A stretch of 63,255 bases of DNA, filler included, from Stramenopiles sp. TOSAG23-2 (Eukaryota): assembly GCA_900128395.1 (NCBI GenBank). It is 3 parts of 3 records of this genome, joined end to end, with 100 filler letters (N's around TTAATTAATTAA, not from the genome) between each part and the next. Parts side by side here need not be neighbours in the genome. Positions count along the whole stretch, not along the records: positions 30,868 to 61,537 come from LT649380.1; 2 more parts are not named here. One strand, given 5' to 3'. The notes beneath the pieces were generated by a model. The model saw only the letters and a list, made by a program, of their open reading frames with translations, made no database searches and was not told where the DNA came from. Made by a program: the position numbers and the translations under genes. Shown here in pieces: positions 42,732-50,949 of the stretch; the first letter of the stretch is position 1; each line of letters opens with the position of its first letter.

Positions 42732-43616
42732 ATGAAAGCAACTATCAATTATTACTTTCCATATGAAATTGATGACAATGGAACAGCGTTAAATGGCACA
42801 TTAGTAGGATATAATACAACAATACATGATGCTAGAACTATAAACACATTCTCATCACAACGTCCGCATTTAAATACCTTTGGATTTGATTTAGTTAAGT
42901 GTAAACCAATATCTGAATTTAAGTCTATTGAATCTTGTGTAAAAAATAAAAAAGATATTTATCAATACATCGTTCGTACTTTAAAAGAAATGACTGGTGC
43001 TATAGACGTTATTCCAGGTGCGATGATTACAAGAATATCAACTGTAAAAAAGAATTTGCGAAATTTAATGAATGTTCACAACGATGCACATTGTGATTTC
43101 GCACCTGGCACGGAACAAAAACAACAACTCATCGACTATTTAAATAATAAACGAAAAATTCAAGCATTTGACGACTATACAGGAAAACACTACAATGTAA
43201 ATAAATTAAATGATATGGACATAAAATGTATTAATTGGTGGCATCCAATAAAACCAGTTGAATCAAATCCATTATGTGTAATTGATAGGCGATCATTGAA
43301 TTTAAATGAAATATTTTCTATTGACTTTCCTGAGTACAACGAAGAAATATTATCAAAAAATACAAAGTTTTGCAGTTCGAAACATAATGATCAACATAAA
43401 TGGTATTATTACAGTAATATGAATCCTAATGAAAATTTATTATTTGTAACATATTCATCAGAAGATAATTGGAAACCAAATTTACATTCATCATTTGATT
43501 TAAATACAAATAATCTTCAAAATAATAATAATAAACGAATAACATCTTCATCACCACGTGAAAGTTTCGAAGTACGTTGTATATGTTTGTTTGATAAAAA
43601 GGTTAGTCGTTTGTGA
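42732..43616 (+). CDS. CmcJ/NvfI/AsaB-family (Fe/2-oxoglutarate-type) oxidoreductase with PTS1
   Basis: IHDAR, FGFDLV, AHCDF (HxD), INWWHPI..VESNPLCVID, HKWYYYSNM.P.E.L.F, HSSF, PRESFEVR; C-terminal SRL. Confidence 0.8.
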   Translation: MKATINYYFPYEIDDNGTALNGTLVGYNTTIHDARTINTFSSQRPHLNTFGFDLVKCKPISEFKSIESCVKNKKDIYQYIVRTLKEMTGAIDVIPGAMITRISTVKKNLRNLMNVHNDAHCDFAPGTEQKQQLIDYLNNKRKIQAFDDYTGKHYNVNKLNDMDIKCINWWHPIKPVESNPLCVIDRRSLNLNEIFSIDFPEYNEEILSKNTKFCSSKHNDQHKWYYYSNMNPNENLLFVTYSSEDNWKPNLHSSFDLNTNNLQNNNNKRITSSSPRESFEVRCICLFDKKVSRL

Positions 43617-44015
43617 GAGAGATGTTTTATATTTTCATTATTATGTCTGTATGTCTGCTTGTATATATTATATAGGTAGCTTGCTTGTATATACGCTTCG
43701 TATAATTTTCTCTCACTCATATACTCGTATTAATATACGTATCATTGGAGAAAAAGAAAGTGTGTGCGTGTGTGGGAGTTTGCGTGTGTTTTTCGTAAAT
43801 TATATATATTAATATACGCACATTTTTATATTACGTATGTTTTTTCTTTTTTTTTATATTATTTTTAAAATACGTGTAAACTTTTTTAATATTTTTTCAA
43901 TTTTGTCGCATACGAACGGTTCGTACACGAACGCAACTTTTTTGAAGTTGTACACGTACGTTTTTAAACGTTCGTTCCTCATCATTTTTTGTTTGATACT
44001 ATGATATCCCTTCTT

Positions 44016-45494
44016 TTAAAGTTTACTTTTGACGGCAACTTTTTGTTTACTTGCAACTGTTGATAACGCTCTTACGGAAGATTTTTTCTTGATGTTCAAT
44101 GTAAATGGTTCAAGGAATGCACTTAATCCCCATTTACCATTTTCACGTCCAATTCCTGACCATTTACTGCCTCCAAATGGTGTTACAGGAGTAATTGCCA
44201 AATGTTGATTCACCCAAGACGTACCTACTTCAAGACGAGCAGCAACTTCTGCTGCTTTCTCTGCATCTGGTCCCCAAACGGAACCACTCAAACCATAGTT
44301 TGTATCATTTGCACGATCAACTGCTTCATCAACTGTTTTGTATTTCATGATAGGGACAGCAGGTCCAAATTGTTCCTCTGATACAATTTTGAAACTTTCA
44401 TCGACATCAGCAATAATAGTTGGTTCGTAGATGTAACCTTGACCACGTGCTTTGCCACCAGTAGTAATTCTTGCACCATTTTTACGTGCATCTTCAACAT
44501 ATGCAGCAACTTTCTCAAATTGCATTTTATTATTTAATGGACCATATTGACTGCCTTCTGCCATACCATCGCCAAACGTAGTATCCTTAGCAATTTTCGT
44601 CATTTCTTGTACAAACGATTCGTATTTATCTTCATGAACATAAATACGTTTAATTGCACTACATACTTGTCCAGAATTTGCAAAGGCACCAGCAAAAATA
44701 TCAGGTGCAGCACTGACTGGATCAGCCTCTGGAAGAATAATAGCAGCGTCGTTCCCACCTAATTCCAACGTAACACGTTTTAAATCATCTGCACATACTT
44801 CTTGAATTTTTTTACCAGTTTCAATGGATCCAGTGAAAGATACTTTTGCAAATCTTGGATCGGTTGTCATCCATGCACCCAAATCATTGCCACCAGCTAC
44901 GATGTTAACGACACCAGGTGGGAATGTATCACGATATACTTCACCTAATAATAAAGAGGTAAGAGGTGTATGTGGACTTGGCTTTAATACAATAGTATTG
45001 CCCGCATATACAGCAGGGCAAATTTTCCATTGTGCCAATGTTACTGGGAAATTCCATGGGCAAATCGCAGCTACAACACCTAATGGTTTGTAATGTACTT
45101 CCATTCTACTTTCATCATTTTCAGCAATGACTTCAACTGGTGGCATTTCCAAATTAATGGTTGCATCTATCCATGCAGCTGCACCACCAATTTCACCAGT
45201 AGCATCAGCAATAGTTTTGCCTTGTTCAAGCGTTAATAAATGTGCAAATTCTTTCAAGCGTGCCATTAACTTAGCTTGTGCTGCTTTTAAATATTCTTTG
45301 CGCTCAACAAGGGATGTTTTGCTCCATGATTTAAATGCTCTTTTTGCACCTGCAATTGCTTCATTTAGTTGTGCTTTTGTAGCATCTGGACATTTCGCAA
45401 AGACTTGACCAGTTGCTGGATTCAAAACGTCAAAAAAACGTTCCCCTTTCACAGCTTTGCCGTTAATAGTATGTGTAAATTCGTAATTTGCCAT
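44016..45494 (-). CDS. NAD(P)+-dependent aldehyde dehydrogenase with PTS1
   Basis: NPATG, EQGK, PWNFP, LKPSP, FTGSIETG, LELGGND (catalytic Glu), NSGQVCSA (catalytic Cys), EEQFGP, PFGGSKWSGIGRE; C-terminal extension ending SKL. Confidence 0.96.
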   Translation of the reverse strand: MANYEFTHTINGKAVKGERFFDVLNPATGQVFAKCPDATKAQLNEAIAGAKRAFKSWSKTSLVERKEYLKAAQAKLMARLKEFAHLLTLEQGKTIADATGEIGGAAAWIDATINLEMPPVEVIAENDESRMEVHYKPLGVVAAICPWNFPVTLAQWKICPAVYAGNTIVLKPSPHTPLTSLLLGEVYRDTFPPGVVNIVAGGNDLGAWMTTDPRFAKVSFTGSIETGKKIQEVCADDLKRVTLELGGNDAAIILPEADPVSAAPDIFAGAFANSGQVCSAIKRIYVHEDKYESFVQEMTKIAKDTTFGDGMAEGSQYGPLNNKMQFEKVAAYVEDARKNGARITTGGKARGQGYIYEPTIIADVDESFKIVSEEQFGPAVPIMKYKTVDEAVDRANDTNYGLSGSVWGPDAEKAAEVAARLEVGTSWVNQHLAITPVTPFGGSKWSGIGRENGKWGLSAFLEPFTLNIKKKSSVRALSTVASKQKVAVKSKL

Positions 45495-46461
45495 GGTGTT
45501 TATATATATATATGTTTTTTGTTTGGTTCTTATATAATTGTAATATTATAATTGTTTTTTAATTATTTTTAATATATCTGCAGTTTTTGTTTTTAATAAT
45601 AATAATATTGATCGTGTGTATAGTATATTTAATACTAACTTGAATTATTTAGATATTTTTTAATATATATATAGTTGTATATCGTATCTTTTCTTAATTC
45701 ATAAGACTGACAAAGGTTGCAAAGTAGGTTGTTGTGTCGATTTTTCTCAGGCCTATTCACCTGCTATAATTATATAAATATCTATTTTTTTTTGCGCAAT
45801 TGTCCATCAAGCAGTATAAAAGCGTACTGTATACAGCATCATTGTAATCATGATGCATTGTGACATTTGGTTTCATTCATTTTAATCAAAAGAGATCCCA
45901 GAGATTTGCAACACATTTGCAACTTTTAGATTTAGATTCTCTATATTCTCCCTGGCTGGAATCTCTGTCTCTCCGTTTATCCTTAAACTTTATATCTTTA
46001 AACACTTAACATTAACATGATAATGAGATTAAGATAATACTTCTAAATTTTGTCGTAGTAGAACAATAAAGAATGATTCCCTATCACACATGATGCTATA
46101 TAATGATAATGCTAAAACCTTACTAATTCTAATAGTCGTCTAATATTAGTCCTTTCTTCGCAATTACTTTTTTGTCTAACCACAGCTTAAGCTCTTGCCA
46201 CACTAACACTCGCCTGAACACCCTTAAATAACATCAAAAAATCAAAAAAATATTTTTTATTATAAGTATGTAATATTTATATCTCCCATCATCACAGACG
46301 ACACATAGACGACACGCAAGCACGCACAAAATAAAATTGGTGAATTTCTACATAGATGCAAACCTACCTCTTCTACGTAGAGTAGTCGGCTCCCTATTTT
46401 TTTAGCATACACAAATAGATTTTCTGTTGAGGTTATATATATATATATAAATACGTACCTT

Positions 46462-48231
46462 ATGTCAAATCAACAAACAAACGCATTTATTACTGGCGCC
46501 ATTGCAGCATTTGGAACAACAGCTGTTGCATTTTATATCCTCAATAAATATAATAATAATAATAATAATAATAAATCAAAACCAACACGTCCACCACCAC
46601 CTATACGTAAAAATATCACTGGATGTGTTGGCAATACGCCAATGGTGAAACTCAATCCATCTCATCTTGGTATCACAGATTGCCTTGCAAATATTTATGC
46701 AAAACTAGAATTTCAAAATCCTGGTGGATCAGTTAAAGATAGGATTGCTGTTTCCATGATTGATGAAGCAGAACGTTCTGGTCTTATCACACCAGGAAAG
46801 ACGACGTTAGTAGAAGCAACTTCTGGTAATACGGGTATTGCAATTGCAATGGTAGGAGCAGCACGTGGATATAAAGTAGTAGTAGCGATGCCTCGTCTAC
46901 AAGCAATGTTGGAGAGGTATATACTCATTCGAAGTTTTGGTGGTCAAGTCTTGCTGTCTGAACCGGAAACGAAATCACAAGGATTTTTAGACTTGGCGGA
47001 ATCATATGCAAAAAAACATCCAAATTGTTACTTGATGCGACAATTTACCAATGATGCTAATCCAGATGCTCATTATAAAGCTACAGGTCCAGAAATATGG
47101 GAACAAATGGAACAGCGTGTCGATGCCGTTGTCATGGGTGCTGGAACTGGTGGTACGGCAGTTGGTGTTGGTCGATATATGAAAGAACAAAATTCAAATA
47201 TTAAAATATGCGTTGTAGAACCAACAGAATCACGTGTCATGCAAGGCTCTGTCCATCGAGTACATTCAATTGTTGGTATTGGCACAGGTTTACATGTTCC
47301 TATGCTTGAAGGTTTGGACCCAGGTGCAGATTTCATACCAGGAAAAGGGCGTGGTATTGTTGATGAATTTTTATCGACAGATACACCGGATTCTTTGGAT
47401 TGTTCATTATTATTGGCAACATCACATGGTCTTTTAGTAGGTCCATCCACAGGTGCTGCTGTACATGCTGCTCTAGAGCTGGGACGTCGTGAAGATATGC
47501 GTGGTAAAAATATTGTTGTTATTGCGCCATCGTCTGGTGTTAGGTATTTACAACATCCAATGTTCAAATCGTTAAGAAGGGAAGCATTTAGTGCTCTATC
47601 CGTATCTGTAGAATCTTCAGCTGTAATCACAAAAACCGTTGGATCTCCAGAGACATCTTCTTTCAATTCACTGAATAAAACTGATGTAGTCAATCGTGTT
47701 GAAGGTTGCATTCTTGCATTGGTACGACAATTAATGGATTTACCTAATATTGGTTTAAATGATAATTTAATTGATCATGGAGCAACAAGTATGACAGCAA
47801 TGCTGCTTTTAGGAAAATTACGTAGTTCACTTGAAGGTATGTTAGAAGGCAAAGAGCTGCATGGTTTGAAACTTGCAATTGTAAAAGAACGTTTGTGGGG
47901 CACGACACGAGATCTTGCTCGTGGTGTAGTAGGTGTTGATGAAGATTGTAATCTTCTCCCATTTTCTTCATTTTTGGAGGCAAATATTTTAATTGAATAT
48001 TGTGGTGGATGAGATCCAGCGTTCGAGGCACATTTTAAAATGTTACGTTCACTGCTTGAACAGCAGTTTCCACGTATCGTTATAAAAGGTGTTGCGGACG
48101 CTGAAAACACTGGAAATTTCATTGTACAAGATCAAAAAGATATGGAACTTTTGTCACCATATGGATTTCTTTCAACCACTGAACGCCAAAGTAAACTTTT
48201 GAAAAGAATTTATGAAAAGTATGAAAAGTAA
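46462..48231 (+). CDS. cysK: Selenoprotein fusion, 589 aa: N-terminal anchor, PLP cysteine synthase (CysK-like), phosphopantetheine carrier domain, SelW/Rdx domain (CGGU; Sec at TGA 48010-48012)
   Basis: NPGGSVKDR (PLP Lys92), EATSGNTG, GAGTGGT, GPSTGA. Carrier-like DNLIDHGATSMTAM (Ser443). ORF 48040-48231 is in frame: IEYCGG-U-DPAFEAHFKMLRSLLEQQFP...TGNFIV...GFLST, which has the SelW/Rdx pattern. SECIS-like hairpin about 120 nt after the TAA. Confidence 0.9.
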
Positions 48232-48352
48232 TTATTATATATATATTTATGCATATATGTATACATAATGATAAAATATGTAAAAAAAAAAGAAAAAGAT
48301 CACAAACAAATAAAAAAAGATGGGAATTGTATTTTAAATTTTCAATATTATA

Positions 48353-48423
48353 ATGATAGTCTCAATTACAAAAATAGTAATGCATTTTATCAAAAGATAA
48401 TAATGTGTGATTGGTGACTTGAG
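48353..48423 (+). promoter_or_regulatory. Putative type-2 SECIS element (3' UTR of the CysK-carrier-SelW fusion)
   Basis: Core ATGAT (48353) with TGAG (48420). 12-nt helix II AGTCTCAATTAC pairs with GTGATTGGTGACT (one bulge). AAAAA at 48370-48374. Apical mini-stem CATTTTATC-AAAA-GATAATAATG. Helix I is weak. Confidence 0.78.
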
Positions 48424-49184
48424 AAGCAATTTTGTATTTCAGAGATTTTGTATCTCTAGTAAAAATTTTGATTTTATATATATACACGCAATCCATCACG
48501 TCTATTTAATAGAATTATAATGTGTTATTATAAAGACACAAAACAAATTTTGGTACTGTAGAGTGTAAAAAAGAGTGTTTATATATATATATGTGGTTTT
48601 ATATCGTGTTTTTTTTTCTTCGAGTATTAATTTTACGTACGTTCGTACGTGCGTACTTGTATTTAAAATATTTATATTTATTATAATATTTTTTATTTTT
48701 TTATTTTTTATAAAAAAATATTATATTTTATTTTAAAAAAATGAATATTATTTTTTAATTTTTTTAATTACATGAAACAGAAGTGTTACAAACTCTCTTC
48801 TGGTTATCAGATGTACATGAAAATGAAAATAAATTTGTATAGCACTCGGACAATAATATATGTATTTAATAAAACGTAGGTTTGAATTCAATTTTCACCG
48901 TTTTGTCCTCATTGTGTTGTCTTTTTATTTTGTTTCTCGTTTCGTATCCGATAATGATCTGGAAATAAATTAATGAAACGACGTTGAGCACTCGTCATTT
49001 GTCAGATTATGTTGTTATTAATTATCTTGTTTCCCCGTCATTGTTTAAGAAGGTAATTGAACTTCTTTTCTTTTTGTTTTTCATGTTGTTTTGATTGATC
49101 ATCTTGATTTTCAGTGTTTGATCTGTTGCTGTTATTTTCTTGATCGTATTGAATACTAGAACAAAAAAGGAAGCAATTATTCAC

Positions 49185-50234
49185 TCATTTTTTTTCACTT
49201 GGGCGTTTCCAAGACAAATTGACTGGAGTGGATGTTTTGAAAGTGTCTACGAGCGGACAGTGTGCATCAACAGCTTCTTTCAATTTCTCTAGCTCTTCTT
49301 GTGAAGCGGAAGATTCGATTGTGATAGTACCGGTCATACTTTTTAACCCAACTGCATCGTCTGCTAATCCAACAAGTCCGCCAAGATCAATAGGTGCTTC
49401 TACTTTGCAAGATATAGACTGAATATCAACTCCCATGACTTGTCCATAATACTTGTAAGTAATTTCTTGGCACGTACCAAAACTTGCACAAAAAAGATCC
49501 AATGGATTTGTACCTTTATTTGTTCCCCCTGGCATTGTTGTCGGCTCATCAACAACAATGGTGTGTCCACCAGTAAGAGTGGCAGTGGTAAGAAGGCCAT
49601 CGCCATTCAAAACGGAGGAACTGCTGTATTTGCTTTGCAATGCTATATCGTCCTCTTTTGCTGCACCAATAAGTGCCATGACACCTTCCACCAAATTTTT
49701 CTGTGGGATCTCAGTGGAACCTGTTGGTTCAGCTTTGACAACTTTTGTTGTAAGATCAAGTGGGTTAACAAGTGTAGCAACAAGTGGGCAATGGGCATCG
49801 ACGGCACCTTTAAGCGCATCAAGCTGCTCATCTGATGCATCTGGGGCGTCAATGGTAATGTCGACATTGATCCCGCTGAAACCGACTTTTTCACCTACGC
49901 CAACAAAACCTGAAAGATTGATATCAGCATCAACAGAAGCTGAAACGGATTTCAAATCAATATCCATGACGGTAGCATATAACTTGTATGTGATTTCTTG
50001 GCAAGTACCTAATGAAGCGCACATAACATCCAATGGATTTGGTCCAGCGTTTGAACCTCCTGGGAATGCTTCTGGTTCATCAATTGTGAAATCAAAACCA
50101 CCTGGCAATGTAACTTTTGTTGATACACCATCTCCAGCTAATTTACTTTCAGAGCTGTATGTAAATGTAAGACAAGATTCATCTTCTTGGCGGGCACCAA
50201 TAAGTCCCATAATATCTTCTTTTTTCGTAGTCAT
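49185..50234 (-). CDS. osmC: Tandem (two-domain) OsmC/Ohr-family protein
   Basis: Two homologous halves, each with DEP...GG.N.G.NPLD..CAS.GTCQEITYK and AVDAHCPLV (both catalytic Cys present). Confidence 0.9.
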   Translation of the reverse strand: MTTKKEDIMGLIGARQEDESCLTFTYSSESKLAGDGVSTKVTLPGGFDFTIDEPEAFPGGSNAGPNPLDVMCASLGTCQEITYKLYATVMDIDLKSVSASVDADINLSGFVGVGEKVGFSGINVDITIDAPDASDEQLDALKGAVDAHCPLVATLVNPLDLTTKVVKAEPTGSTEIPQKNLVEGVMALIGAAKEDDIALQSKYSSSSVLNGDGLLTTATLTGGHTIVVDEPTTMPGGTNKGTNPLDLFCASFGTCQEITYKYYGQVMGVDIQSISCKVEAPIDLGGLVGLADDAVGLKSMTGTITIESSASQEELEKLKEAVDAHCPLVDTFKTSTPVNLSWKRPSEKK

Positions 50235-50949
50235 TGTTTTAAACTTTGTTTGTTTATTTTTCTTTTTGATTCAAATATTCTTAATATAGTTTGTCGTTTT
50301 ATCTTTAATAATATTGATATTTATATATATCTTGTATTTGTACATATATAGATATATATATGTTTATATTTAATAATGTGTGGATATCAAAGATAGCTGC
50401 TTATTTTGTCGTATCTTTTTCGAAACATTTCCCTGCTATTTGCCTGTTGTTAATCTGTATTTTCCGCGTTTTTAGTTTTTTTTGTGTTGTGCGTTGCTTT
50501 TGCATGTGGCGGACTGAACGAATATTCTATATATAAGGTTAAGGTATATAGTGCTATATACTATTTAGTTTTTTTATAAAGTACATATATATACTTACTA
50601 GTATAATACCATTTGCATTAAGCATTATCAGGTATCAGGTTTATTATAGGAGGTATTAGTATTACGGTATTACAGTCGTCTAGTCTAGCTGGCTAGACTG
50701 AAAAGTCTAGGACCTAGGACCTACCACCTACCACCAGGTGGTAGATCTGGTAGATGATGATTAAGTCTAGACTCCTCGTAGAGAGGATCCGACTACGTAG
50801 ACACTACTACCACCTGGTGGTATTAATACAAGCTAAAGCACTGGCAAGCTGCTATATTGACACTCACACATCACATTATATTATTTTAATAATATATATT
50901 ATATAAACACACATAAATATAAAATATTGTGTTTTAAAATGTACGCAAT

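Noticed and set aside
41426-48012. Genome-wide UGA reassignment (Trp or Cys) as the explanation for the in-frame TGAs
   Set aside because: Long genes here contain no internal TGA, Trp is encoded by TGG, TGA ends the oxygenase right after PTS1 SRL, and the two TGAs fall precisely in redox motifs with SECIS-like hairpins downstream.
41234-48231. Both TGA-containing genes as nonsense pseudogenes, or as four separate ORFs
   Set aside because: Domains continue intact in frame on both sides of each TGA with no other lesions.
48845-48912. SECIS-like stem ATGA-GGACAA...TTGTCC-GAG on the minus strand
   Set aside because: Helix II would need a bulge of about 19 nt, which does not fit SECIS geometry.
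47073-50289. Long antisense ORFs (47073-47711, 49558-50289; also 51556-52173 and 58415-58939)
   Set aside because: Shadows of codon bias and repeats on the coding strand, with no recognisable motifs.
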